A stretch of 63,335 bases of DNA, filler included. It is 6 parts of 6 records of this genome, joined end to end, with 100 filler letters (N's around TTAATTAATTAA, not from the genome) between each part and the next. Parts side by side here need not be neighbours in the genome. Positions count along the whole stretch, not along the records: positions 42,122 to 51,091 come from DRR378314_2154; positions 51,192 to 57,987 come from DRR378314_2157; 4 more parts are not named here. One strand, 5' to 3'. This document shows positions 46,815 through 58,087 of this stretch, piece after piece. The stretch's first letter is position 1, and the number at the start of each line of letters is the position of its first letter. The notes under the pieces are model-generated. The model made no database searches. It saw nothing but the letters and a program-made list of their open reading frames with translations, and was not told the DNA's origin. Made by a program: the position numbers and the translations under genes.

Positions 46815-47111
46815 ATGAGTGAACGACTTTACGATTATGATCCTGCTGCAGCGCTGGATAGCGAAGCAGCCATTGCGATATTTCTTGCAGATGCTTTTGA
46901 AACCGGTGATGCCAGCTACATCGCAAAAGCTGTTGGCGTTGCCGCCAGAGCGAAAGGCATGTCTCAACTAGCGACTGAAACGGGATTGTCACGTGAACAG
47001 CTTTACCGCTCCTTTGGCGAATCGGGTAACCCAACTCTCAAGACCATGTTAGCGGTAACCCGGGCGCTAGGGATCGATATCACCGCCCGACCTCATAAAC
47101 CAGCCGCCTAG
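46815..47111 (+). CDS. Antitoxin ('addiction module antidote', HTH)
   Basis: ARAKGMSQLATETGLSREQLYRS...GNPTL; GGAGG RBS; toxin-first order. Confidence 0.9.
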   Translation: MSERLYDYDPAAALDSEAAIAIFLADAFETGDASYIAKAVGVAARAKGMSQLATETGLSREQLYRSFGESGNPTLKTMLAVTRALGIDITARPHKPAA

Positions 47112-47115
47112 CCTG

Positions 47116-47544
47116 CTACTTAAGCGCCTGCACGAGCCCATGTCGTACATGCCAGACCTGCTCAGATTGGGCGGCAACGTCTTGGCTAAACCAGCCGCTT
47201 AAATCGCGCAGGCGACGCTGGTCTAGGGCCATGGGGACGATTCCCCGCCCTAACTCATTCATAATGACCACCAGCGTCACGCCATGGGTTTGTGCGGCAG
47301 TGGCCAAGCTTTCCAGATCTCCCCGCCACTGCGCGCGCGACGCATCGCTGCTCATGTCCGAGTGCAGCACGGCCGCTAACCACTCAAACACACCGTGCAG
47401 AACGAGCGGCACATTAGGCTGCATAATGTGGGTTACTTCGTGCAAACGCTGCCCTGGAGAAAGCCGCCACCAAACAGCGCTGGGAAAGCGTGCTTTTACA
47501 ACATCGCGCTTACCTGCGCAGGCACCGCCGATGAACAGCTGCAT
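47116..47544 (-). CDS. Short CobU-like (cobinamide kinase/guanylyltransferase-like) protein
   Basis: FIGGACAGK; IMNELGRGIVP...RRLRD...VRHG. Confidence 0.75.
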   Translation of the reverse strand: MQLFIGGACAGKRDVVKARFPSAVWWRLSPGQRLHEVTHIMQPNVPLVLHGVFEWLAAVLHSDMSSDASRAQWRGDLESLATAAQTHGVTLVVIMNELGRGIVPMALDQRRLRDLSGWFSQDVAAQSEQVWHVRHGLVQALK

Positions 47545-48149
47545 TGCCACTCTCCTTTGCCATCTTCACGTTTTAGATACGTCAGTTGCCAACGCCGTCC
47601 TTGTGCTTGGTGAACGATGCCTTCCCAAAAGCCAATGGTTTCGAAACGACGCCGCAACTCGCGTATTACCCCGCCGTGGGTAACAACCAGCACTTTTTGA
47701 TAATGATGTTCGCGGGCGTGCGCCGCCACCTCTTCAAGCCAAGCATTTAAACGCTCACGTAGCTGGCCAGACGATTCACCGCCGGGAATTTGCAGCTCAC
47801 CCACGCTGTCAATCCAGGCGCGATAATGGGGTAAGTCTTTTAGTTCATCGTAAACTTTGCCTTCATAGTCACCAAAATCCAGCTCACGTAATCGTGGCTC
47901 TAGATACAGCGGCACACCCGGCTTTGCCGCCTGTGACCACTCAAGAGTTTGCTGACAGCGGTTTAAATCGCTTGAATAAACAGCGTCAAAGCACTCTTCT
48001 GCCAATGCGTCACGCAGTGCCAGCAGCCCCACTTCTGCATCAGGAAATAGCAGCGGAATATCGCGCTGCCCCTGGTAGCGGCGCTCTAAATTCCAGGCGG
48101 TGATACCGTGGCGAACTGCCACCAACTCCACATTAAGACCAGTAGCCAA
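47496..48149 (-). CDS. cobC: Histidine phosphatase (alpha-ribazole phosphatase-like)
   Basis: RHG; YSSDL-RC; LRELDFG; PGGES; VTHGG; cob operon context. Confidence 0.8.
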   Translation of the reverse strand: MATGLNVELVAVRHGITAWNLERRYQGQRDIPLLFPDAEVGLLALRDALAEECFDAVYSSDLNRCQQTLEWSQAAKPGVPLYLEPRLRELDFGDYEGKVYDELKDLPHYRAWIDSVGELQIPGGESSGQLRERLNAWLEEVAAHAREHHYQKVLVVTHGGVIRELRRRFETIGFWEGIVHQAQGRRWQLTYLKREDGKGEWQCSCSSAVPAQVSAML

Positions 48150-48862
48150 AGCTCTCCTCCTTCAATGGTGGCACCTACCATATCGCCATTGATGCCGTTA
48201 AATAGCCGCAGCATTGCCCTTCTGGCGATTGCCACCCACACGATGATAACCACCCCCCAGACAAGCAGTGTCGGTGAAACCGCAACAACCAGCGCTAACG
48301 GTAGCAAGGCATAACCAGCATCACGGGGGCTAAGCGACTGCTGCCAGCTCCATGCGAGCCCCTTCGAGTGAGCACAGGGAGTAAAAATCAGCAGTGCGAC
48401 CCCAGCAAATCGGCCTAATGCAGGCACTGCTACCAGCCACCACAGCGGTGCCTGATAAGCCACCAGTGCCCAAAGCAATACGCCCTTCCAGGCCAGCAAA
48501 AACAGCAATGCCAGAATGCCGAAACTGCCTATCTGAGCGTCCTTCATGATTTCCCAACGCCGCTCAAGCGGTTGGTTACTGCCTAACGCATCGGCAAGGT
48601 CCATTACGCCATCAAGATGCAAACCACCCGAAAGCGCTACCCATAGGCTTAGCAGTAGCAACGCAGTTATTGGCGCTGGTGACGCTATGAAACTTAATAG
48701 CAGCGCGCTTAACGCCAGCACGCTGCCAATTAATAACCCTACCAACGGATAGGCGCGAATTGCCCAGCGACGGGTGGCAGGTGTCCATGGGCAGACAACA
48801 GGAAGCGGAATTCGGGTTAGAAACTGCAGCGCGAGTATTAGGCCGAACAAGGCACTTTTCAT
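48086..48862 (-). CDS. cobS: Adenosylcobinamide-GDP ribazoletransferase
   Basis: QFLTRIP; GGLHLDG-MD-AD; IMKD-IGSFG; GINGDMVGA. Confidence 0.93.
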   Translation of the reverse strand: MKSALFGLILALQFLTRIPLPVVCPWTPATRRWAIRAYPLVGLLIGSVLALSALLLSFIASPAPITALLLLSLWVALSGGLHLDGVMDLADALGSNQPLERRWEIMKDAQIGSFGILALLFLLAWKGVLLWALVAYQAPLWWLVAVPALGRFAGVALLIFTPCAHSKGLAWSWQQSLSPRDAGYALLPLALVVAVSPTLLVWGVVIIVWVAIARRAMLRLFNGINGDMVGATIEGGELWLLVLMWSWWQFATVSPPGI

Positions 48863-49392
48863 CGTTTCCACTCCATGGCACAGCCCGCGATGACTTCAAG
48901 CACTGAGTCAGCTTCCGCCGCTAACCAGCGGTGTAAGCACTGGATAAACTCAACGTAGCGCCAGGTAGTCGGCTGATCAGGAATCAGCTCTTCGTTGAGA
49001 TCGTTCGACACAATTACTAATGTCAGCCCCCGTGCTTGTGCATCACGCAGGCAGCGAGCCAACAGCGCTAGACCTTGCTCACCACTGAATTCTTCATTTG
49101 GCTCAGCGCCAAACAGCACTTGTCCTGCCCATAGGGTTAAACAATCGAGTAGCACCGCGTGGTGATCGGGTACTTGGGCAATCGCTTGGTCAATCGCCAG
49201 GGGCGCCTCTAGCGTCACCCATTGGCCTTCCCGGCGTGTCTGGTGGCGCGATACCCGGTCGGCCATTTCGGCGTCGTAAACTTTGGCGGTGGCAATGTAA
49301 TAGCAGTTGGCGTCACCCGCCGCGCTGAGCACACGCTGCTCCGCTACTTGGCTTTTTCCAGAGCGAGCGCCCCCACTAACAAAGACAATCAT
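48859..49392 (-). CDS. cobU: Bifunctional adenosylcobinamide kinase/guanylyltransferase
   Basis: GGARSGKS; YIATA; DAEMADRVSRH; LLDCLT; VSND. Confidence 0.92.
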   Translation of the reverse strand: MIVFVSGGARSGKSQVAEQRVLSAAGDANCYYIATAKVYDAEMADRVSRHQTRREGQWVTLEAPLAIDQAIAQVPDHHAVLLDCLTLWAGQVLFGAEPNEEFSGEQGLALLARCLRDAQARGLTLVIVSNDLNEELIPDQPTTWRYVEFIQCLHRWLAAEADSVLEVIAGCAMEWKR

Positions 49393-50491
49393 GCAGCACC
49401 TTTAGCAAGCGGTTATTTGCCGACTCATCACGCAGTGCCAAGCGTAACCAGCTGCCCTCAAGCCCTTTAAAGCTGTGGGTATGCCTCGCCAGTAGTCCTT
49501 TATAAAGCATGCGTTCAAACAGGTCTGCGCTGGTCACGCCGCGTTCATGCTGTAAAACACCTGGCCGCACAAGGAAAAAGCAGCTGTGACTGGGCACCAC
49601 CTCAAGCCCTAGCGCCTGCAACGCCTTGCCCAGGCGTGGCTGCTCACTGGCCAGCCACTGCTGGGTGAGCCGTGCAAACTCGCTATCCGCTAACAGCGGT
49701 GCCACCAGTTCAGCAGCAAGATAGTTCACACTCCAGGGCGGTTGGTGGTGACTCATGGTGTCTACTATGTTTTTCGAAGCCAGCACGTAGCCTAGGCGCA
49801 CCCCAGGCAAGGTATAAAACTTGGTCATTGAGCGTAGCAGTACTAAATGACAGTAACGCTTAAGCAGCGGCGTCAGCGCCTCGACGTCTATTGATAGATC
49901 GATAAATGCTTCGTCGACTACCACTTGGGTTCCGGTAGCCTGCGTATGCGCTAGCAGTCTCTCTACTGCATCGATGGGTATCAGCGTGCCAGTTGGGTTA
50001 TTCGGACGACACAGAAACACCACGTCGGCGTTTGCTGCACTCTCTAGCAGGTCGTCCATCTGACAAGCGAAATGCGGCTCGCGCAATACATGCTCGGTCA
50101 TTTCAATCCGGTGGGCAGAGCAGGCTCTGGCATATTCGCCAAAGCTGGGAGCCAGTAATAAGGCACGCCCACTGGCATGCAGCGCAGCGGCAAGAAAAAT
50201 GGCCTCCGCTCCACCATTGGTTAGCAGTACTTGCGCTGGCTGAACATCGTTGTGCGCCGCAATGGCCTGCCGGGCTGAGGCGTAGTCCGGCGAGGGATAG
50301 CGGCTAAGCCCACTAAGCCGTGTTACCAACCAGCTTGCCAGCCACTCGGGCGGCCCAAGCGGGTTAAGGTTAGCGCTTACATCGTCAATCACATGATCGG
50401 CAGGTAGCCCAAAACGCTTCAGCAGCGCTGCGGCCTGGCCACCATGGCTTGGCCAATCAGCCGCCTTGTGAACGTTGGTTTGACGACTCAT
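49376..50491 (-). CDS. cobD: L-threonine-O-3-phosphate decarboxylase
   Basis: HGG; SANLNPLG; NGGAE; PNNPTG; DEAF; RSMTKFY-LPG-RLGY (PLP lysine). Confidence 0.9.
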   Translation of the reverse strand: MSRQTNVHKAADWPSHGGQAAALLKRFGLPADHVIDDVSANLNPLGPPEWLASWLVTRLSGLSRYPSPDYASARQAIAAHNDVQPAQVLLTNGGAEAIFLAAALHASGRALLLAPSFGEYARACSAHRIEMTEHVLREPHFACQMDDLLESAANADVVFLCRPNNPTGTLIPIDAVERLLAHTQATGTQVVVDEAFIDLSIDVEALTPLLKRYCHLVLLRSMTKFYTLPGVRLGYVLASKNIVDTMSHHQPPWSVNYLAAELVAPLLADSEFARLTQQWLASEQPRLGKALQALGLEVVPSHSCFFLVRPGVLQHERGVTSADLFERMLYKGLLARHTHSFKGLEGSWLRLALRDESANNRLLKVLHDCLC

Positions 50492-51091
50492 AGCCATGAA
50501 ATCCCCGCGCTTGTTAAGCCCGTTAATACGCCCATTAACAAGAAAAACAGCAGCCAAGCGCCGTGCATCAATTTAATGGTGGCGTTGATATGCGAAAACG
50601 TCAGCGTTTCCAGTGGTGAGCCAAGAGTTGCTCGATGAGAAACCGCGCCCTGATAAACATTGGTGCCGCCCAACTGCACACCTAACAAGTTCGCGACCAT
50701 GGCTTCTGGCCACCCCGCATTAGGGCTTGGGTGACGGGGCGCTTCGCGGCAGGTGGCCAATATGGCCCGGCGCCAATAGAGCGTTGAGGATTGCCAGCTG
50801 ATTAGCAGCCCAGCAGCCCACAAACAGAGCGCGGTCAGCCTGGCGGGCAGCCCGTTAGCGATATCATCGAGCTTCGCCGAGGCATAGCCGAAGTCGCTAT
50901 AGCGTTCGTTTTGATAGCCCACCATGGAGTCCAGCGTGTTGATCGCTTTATAAGCCAGCGCCAGCGGCGCACCGCCGATAAACGCGAAGAATAGCGGCGA
51001 GGTGATGCCATCCACCGTATTTTCTGCAATGGTTTCCACCGCACCACGGGTAATCTCCGCCTCATCCAGTTGCTCGGTATCACGCCCCACC
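50488..51091 (-). CDS. cbiB: Adenosylcobinamide-phosphate synthase (5'-truncated)
   Basis: VGRDT; ETIAENTVDG; YKAINTLDSMVGY; SPNAGWPEA. Confidence 0.93.
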
Positions 51092-51191
51092 NNNNNNNNN
51101 NNNNNNNNNNNNNNNNNNNNNNNNNNNNNNNNNNNTTAATTAATTAANNNNNNNNNNNNNNNNNNNNNNNNNNNNNNNNNNNNNNNNNNNN
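51092..51191. other. Artificial contig linker
   Basis: N44-TTAATTAATTAA-N44. Confidence 0.98.
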
Positions 51192-51221
51192 CGGTGCGGT
51201 GCGGTGCGGTGCGGTGCGGTG
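51192..51221. repeat. (CGGTG)6 microsatellite at contig edge
   Basis: Visible directly. Confidence 0.9.
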
Positions 51222-51627
51222 TGTTGCCTTTCCCCATGCGTTAGATGCTGCTTGCGACGTTGATTCCTTGTTATGCAATTGGGTGTTTTGGTATAGTTTT
51301 GCTCGAGGATGTGGCTGAGTGTGCATCCGTTGCACGAGTACACGTCCATCGATGTAGTGCTTGGCAGAGATGTTTTATTTCGCACGCTTGATTTCGGGAA
51401 GCCGAGGCGCTCTGCGTCGGCATGCGGATGGAGCCCGTTTTCTGGATTGCGCTGGTGAAAAAGGGGCTTCTCTGTGCATTTCCGCCTGCTACTACGCATG
51501 GTTTGGGTATAGCGAAATGGACCAGTAGACAGATGTACGTACGTTCCAGTCGGACGTGTAGCTGCTGCCGTGGGCTCATGCGCTGTTCTGTGCGCCGCTG
51601 TGCGGTTGTTGTGTGCCCTCTGTGCAG

Positions 51628-54600
51628 TATCGCGATTTCCTCGACTACTCTCGGACAAAGAACCCCGAAGCTCTGATCATGGCGCGGCCGATCGATGCGT
51701 TTGACTACAAAGATCACAACTTTTTGTATTTCCAGTTTGCGCCGAAAGATGTCATGTATTCCGGTTGGGTACGTCGGCAAGCGCAGCGCGGCGAACGGTT
51801 CTGTTGCAGCGCCGCGTGCGGCAAGGGTTGCTCTAACCCCCAACGTTCAGGAGCGAATCACTTTTGGGTGCCTGGCCGGCATAAGCGTGGATTGCGGCGG
51901 AGGCGCTAGCATATTTTCCCCGTCAGACGTACAGCAGGGTGGTGTGACGGAATGCGGAAAAAGGGATGGGGCATGTATAGTATTGCGGGTTCATGGGCCG
52001 TAGCGTCGCGTAGATACGTGCGAGCTGTGGCGTAGGCTTGGGCATTGGCCCCTGTGGTTCGTTCGCGCTTCGGGATCGGAGCACGCCTGCGCGCCTCGTT
52101 CCTGTATCTCATTTTGTGCTGAGCATTGCGTATCGCCAACGAGTATGCACTGTGCCAAGGGGAGTGGTGTATGCGAATGATGGAGCATAAGACTTTGAGG
52201 TTGGAACAGTTAGGTTTGTGTACTGCGGAGTTTGTGGTGGATGTCGTGGCGGAGGCGCGTTTGTCGGGCAGGAATAGTGTTTACACGCGTGTTGGCTCTC
52301 CTACACGCGTGTGCTATACTCGTGATCCCGGCTCGAGTACACATTTTCCGCAAATGTCTTCTCAATATGGGGGAAACACCACTTTTCTTCTCGTCGCATC
52401 GTGCAGGTTGGAGATCAGGACGGCACGTTTCAGGGCATGAAGCGGGCCCTGGAGAATATGATTCATTCTGCTTGGAAGGGATACGCAAACTATGGAAGCG
52501 ATATCGGAGGATATCGTGGTGGTGGCGGCCACATGCGTGCGACGGTATGCTTGCAGGGAAGTATTGGGAGAAACCCGTTGCTGCGGTAGGGTGCGGAGCT
52601 GGTAAAGGGTACAATGCGATAGGGTGAAGCGGGCTTAGTAGCAGTGGCTGTTCTTTCGTGGCCTTTGTCCAGCTCGGAACGCGCCAGGGATGTTTTTATT
52701 TCAGCGATATTGATTCAGTGTTTTCTGACAAGGGATTGACAACGTTGATACTACCCTTCGCTTGCAAAGAATGGGCATGGCTGGCGTTTCCTCTCTTGGC
52801 CGGGGAAGCCGCTGATTTGGGTGCAGAGCGGGATTCACGGGCTCGTGTTGGCGCCCTTTTCATGGGACATGCGTGAGACCAGTGTTTTCTGCGACAGGTG
52901 CGTGCTCGGCACGGGCTGGGCCTACCGTTTCTTGTTGGAAGGACTGAGCCTTAGGAGTTTTGCATCATTGGTGTACTCAATATGCTTTATTGCAGCCTCT
53001 GTTTACGCGCTGGTTCCAAATGGGTGCGTTTGTACCGCTGATGGAGAACGGTGGCGACGGCGAGCACAGGCCGTGGATGTACGGCAACGACACGCTTGCG
53101 ACGTATCGCACATTCGTCGACGCTCATTATGGTACGTAGACGTGGAGCACACAGCCCATGCCCTTTGGTTTCAAAAATGATGTCCTCTTGTCTTTTTTTG
53201 TGTCACGGTATGCACACTCGAGTTGAAGAAAGGGTGCGAGTTGGGTGGCCTGTCTGCACCGCTCTGCTTCTGCATTTCGCTGTACTTTTGTTGGTTGATA
53301 GGTATCGCCGTCCCGTCCTGCACAGCATGGGTTAGCCGGGGGGGGGGCTGCTGTGAGCAGGGCTGCGGCCAATGGTTTTTCGTCCAGTCGCGTGCCTATG
53401 TGCATTTGATGTAGCGATCGTGTCTGCGTACGGATGCGAGGCCATCGTGGGCGATTTAGTTTGGAGCGAAAGTATTTCGCGTGCCAAGCCCTGGCAGCCG
53501 CAGTATGTACTTGAACTTGAGAATACCAGCCGAGCTCTGTCACCCGTACGAAAGTTCGCGATTATTCTCACGGCATACCATCGCAAACTGCAAGAGCTCT
53601 CTCCAAGTTTTGCAATTGTACTTAGGGTTAGTTCAGCGCGGGGGCAACTGGGCCTAGTTTCCTGTCTCACGGCTACGGCTCCTTTTTTTTCGCATCCGCT
53701 TCTGTGATGCAGAACTTGTGCCGTACCTGTTGACGTCGGGCGCCGATGCTATTGATAACGGGCACTCTGTGCTTCATCCTGCTGACAGTGAACTCGATCC
53801 GTTCTGGAGGTATGGCCTGCCTTCAGTACAGGCGCGAATCGCTGGCGGTATCATAATTGCATGCAAGACTTCGACGCGCTGATACGAAAGTCTTCGTTTG
53901 GTTGCGTATGCGCTTCGTTGTGGGTGTTGTGTGCTATTGAGAGTCCTGGTTAGTCTTTGGTGGGTGGGACTGGATCTTGCATGTAGCGTGCTGGGTGTGG
54001 CACTCACCCCAAGATACGAGCGCTGGGCATACTCTTATCCCAGCAGTTTATATTTGGCCTTGAATTAGGCTGAGTAGTGACATTATGTGTGCTAATGATA
54101 GCTCGATGTAAATCTCCGTGTGGGCGGGAGGTGGATCTTGCGTATTGCCTGCTGGGTGTACCGTACCAAGGTGTGAGAGCTGGATTTGCTCATGCCAGTA
54201 TTTCAGCTTGACCTTGCATGCAGCCCCCGTCTGCATGTGCATTGATTTGATGCGGTAAAGCGCTATCTGCTTTGGGTCTGCGGTGTAATCCTCCCATGCG
54301 ATGGCCAATGTCTGGATGCTACCAATGCTTAAGATTGGTGTTTGTCTTGCGTTTTCCTTGCGTGGGTTTTGCACTATCCATTTTCTTTCTCTTGGCCGTG
54401 CGCTTGCTTGCGTGGCTGCGCGCGGTGCTTCTACGTTGCGTTACCCACGGTACTGGTACAGCTACGCGTACGGGCTCGGCGACAATATGTTTGTGGCGCC
54501 TGTGACTTCCGAAGACAGCAAGGTTGACTTTACGCTCCCAAAGGTAAGCTTCCAATCATATAAACGTAACTGAGTAGTACGTGTGTAAATGAAACGTCCT

Positions 54601-55992
54601 TGCACGCCTCGAAGTACCTGGGTGAATGTTGGGCGGCCGTGCTGTGGGTCCATTCCCGCACCGCTTCGTTGTCAAAGAAATGACAAACCGCGCTGACGTA
54701 GAGTATCGAGTCAACAATATTGCATGCGACATTGGGCGTAGCGTGCATTGGGGTATTAGGGTTGGTGCGAACTGTCGCGCGACTAAGAGCTGCATACCGA
54801 TATTTTCCGCTCTTAGGGTTGCTGCACTATGCAAGTGGGAGGCGTCTGCCACTTGTTCCCTATCCTTTGCCAGCGTTCTGCAAGTTTCAGCGTGCGGAAG
54901 TTGATCTCTGCACGCCTGCGTATCTCTTGGTAATGCACAATGTGGGTCGGCTCACCTGTGTGCTGCCTCGCTGTGTCGTGTGCGCTTTTTTATTTTGTGC
55001 GCGCAGGGTGCGACGTGGGTGTCGTGGTGGGACTCCACTGTACAGCACGAGGGCGGGACGCACATTAAAGCTACTGTCCCTATGGATACAATGCCAGTTT
55101 TCGTGAAGTACGTTCCTGTCGTTCGAGCTGTACGACTCGGTTGGGGAACGGGCGGCGCGAACGCGCGCGGTGTCGAAAGATGCGCGGGGTTTGGTTTTCG
55201 GGCCATTGTTGTTCGTACTAGGGGGGCTTTTGTAAACGTCAAAGCAAGGGTCTGGAAAAGGATTATGTCTCTTGTCGAACTCTCTTATTTGTATGGGTGA
55301 AGGGCACGAAGAGGGGATGGACTGCAAAGGCGATTCTTAGATTAGGGGAGGCGACAGGCGCACATTTTTGTTTTGGTCTTGGACAGGCCTCTTCTTGCTG
55401 GTTTGGCTTTGGTACCGTGCGCGGTCTGATTGATTCGGTATCAATGGCGGACTGCCCTGCTGTTTTTCATGCTCTGACCACATCACACTAGCGTATGTGC
55501 CACCGCTATGCTTTTTGGCCGCCATGGACAAATTGCAGGAAAGGATCGGCGATCCCGCTGGACGTGAGCAGGGGTTTGAACGGCCACGGCGACGAATCGA
55601 GCACGGGAGCGCTGACGTGGATGGTCTCGTGCCCCGAGGAAGGGGCGACGGCTAGCACCCATGTGCGGGAGTGGAAAGCGCAAGGGGCAGCATTTTCGTA
55701 TACGTTTACGGAGGGCATGTTTAATACTACCATCAGTGCGCACGGAAAGGAGTCGATCGTTCTTCTTCGTGGCGTCGCACCCGCGGCGGACACAGTGGGC
55801 ATCACCCTGGAAGCTTCCCTCAGTGCGGAGGCTTCGCAGACAAAGCACTCTATGTTGGGCTCGTTGGCAGAGCTCAAAGAGCAAGGCTTGGGTGTATACT
55901 ACGACAAAGACACAAACGATACATACATTCGACTGGGGTCTGGGGAGAAGGGTATTTTGGCCAGCGTTGGGCCGCTGCGGGCTTCCCAGTAA
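51628..55992 (+). CDS. Glycoside hydrolase family 31, C-terminal part (multi-exon, 5'-truncated)
   Basis: Exons: YRDF...IMARP...YSGW | VGDQDGTF...GSDIGGY | LFTRWFQMGAFVPLMENGG...HRPW | LVPYL | YGLGDNMFVAPV...LPK | GATWVSWW...MPVFVK | GSAIPL...stop 55992. Confidence 0.85.
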
Positions 55993-57987
55993 GATCGTGA
56001 GGGGGGGGTTGTGATCCTGTTTACGTATTCGCTGGTGGCCAAGGGCCGTTTGGGGTGGTCGTCACGCGTGAGCAGCGCGTGACATTCATTGCGACTGCAA
56101 AGTTGGGGCGCATGTTGTATGCGCACACAACTTGTCGCGGCCTACGAAGAATGCTAGGTGAATACATGCCGCCTGTGCAAGCATGTTGGGAAATGTGCAA
56201 CTGTGTGCCTCTCGCGTGGTTGGACGAGCGGGAGCGCCGCATTTCTGCACGCGCCCATCCGTGCGGCATAGCAGCTGCTCGACTTTTGGCCGCCCTGCAC
56301 CGATGGGTGCAAGAATTACTCCCATCCACGGTTGGCAGCCTCGATGCATAGTTTTCGGTCGGATGTTGCAGCATCAGGCGAGGCAAGTAGGCGCGTCGAG
56401 CGCACCATGATTGCAGCTATCGTGGGTAGGACTGTATTTTCTCGCACATTGATTTTATTGGCTGCAAGTTGGCTGGTTCGCATGCTTTATCCAATGCAAG
56501 CTGCCTTTTTGCGACGACGCTTTGCCTTTAGTGCAGCTCGGGTGCAAAGTTGAGCAGGCGGGAGCTAGTTCTCCACAGCACGACAAAAGCGCGCGCTCGC
56601 GTCTGTTTGCCATAACGTGTGGGCTTCTTGGTGAGGAGCCCAGTACTAGAGCCGCTGCATATTCGAAAAGTTTCGTGTTTCCAATGCGGGAAATACTACA
56701 ATATTTTGCTGGTATTTGAAACCACAGTGGCGGTGTGTTTCGCGAAAAGAAAGTTGGGCGACGGCGAGGGCACCTGGCTGTTTCTGTATTCTCCGTCCAC
56801 TCTATAGTCGAATCTCAACGGACTGGAGAGGCTCGCCTGGTTTGCACGCAGGTGGCACAAGCAGTCGCACTGCGCATTTGTTTTCCTACGTTGCCATTAC
56901 CTGTGGAATTTCCTCGGACACTGCTTTGTGATTAAGGATTTCGGCCAAATCTTTGTTCTCGGCACTCTGCGCGGCAAGAACTACTGTAAGATTACCCGTT
57001 TCACTGCGCCGTTCGAATACTCTCTCAAAGTTCTTCGAAACCATGGCGTGTAATGCGTATCTGCCGGAGAGGCTACCAATGCATTTAGAGCTCCCGTTCT
57101 TGTACAGAAGCCACTTGTTGCCGTTCGACAAAGCGCAGAGTACATTCCATTCTGTGCTCCGCATCGATCTCTTGATATCGATCGGCAGAACGCTGTCATC
57201 TGGAAGAAGTGTACTTGCATAGGTGCAAAGAGCAGTATTCTCCGAATCATGCAGCTCGCCCTTTAATGCTAGAAAGGCCATGGTATTGAGGCACATACAA
57301 CGCTCGGATGTGTATCGCCCTGGCTTGGGAAAAAATGCGTTCTCCTCTGTGCGGTGGGAGTATTTTTGCCAGCGTGTGGGAAAAGCGCAAGGTTCTTGGT
57401 GGTAGTGACACCCCTAGCCCTAGCCTCAGACGTGCAAAAGTAAAACAACCCAAAATTGATGGGAACTTAATGTGGCGTGGTTGAATGCGAGCATCCGACG
57501 GGGTTCTCTGTGATGCGCTGCAGGTGCAGCGCGTATCCTTGTTTCGAGCGCGCTTTTATTCCCTCGCCTGCAGCAGCTATTGAAACAATGATACAAAGGT
57601 ACAAAAAGAGGCACTCATAAAAGTTTTCTGGTTCGCGTATGCGTTAAAATGCCACAGAGGTGCGCTGCGTCTTGTGCAGTGCTTTGCGGTTCTCTTCTGT
57701 TTCAGTTTTCGGAGAGGCGCCGGAGCCGCAGAGCCGTGTCGTGCCTTGAACGAAGAGCGGCGTAAAGCGAGGTATGCTAGAAGAACCTGCTCTTGCGCCA
57801 GGGAACGCAGATGACTTATCAAAAATTTGTAGTAAATAATGTCGCTTCAGAAAATACCACTGCGGTAATTGAAATGAGAATCAGCGTTCCTGTGCAGAGA
57901 GCTTTTGTCGCGGAGACTTGCGAAGCTCCGAGTGTCCCTGGCGCAGGTACTTGCAAACCCGCCTTTTGGCCGGAGCCGTAGGCGTCG

Positions 57988-58087
57988 NNNNNNNNNNNNN
58001 NNNNNNNNNNNNNNNNNNNNNNNNNNNNNNNTTAATTAATTAANNNNNNNNNNNNNNNNNNNNNNNNNNNNNNNNNNNNNNNNNNNN
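57988..58087. other. Artificial contig linker
   Basis: N44-TTAATTAATTAA-N44. Confidence 0.98.

Noticed and set aside
51192-51221. Telomeric repeat
   Set aside because: A short pentamer microsatellite upstream of an internal GH31 exon (probably intronic); more likely an assembly break point.
56886-57296. Possible exon of a minus-strand gene (136-aa ORF with a GTAATG donor-like site)
   Set aside because: No recognisable domain, and I could not build a consistent exon chain; left unannotated.
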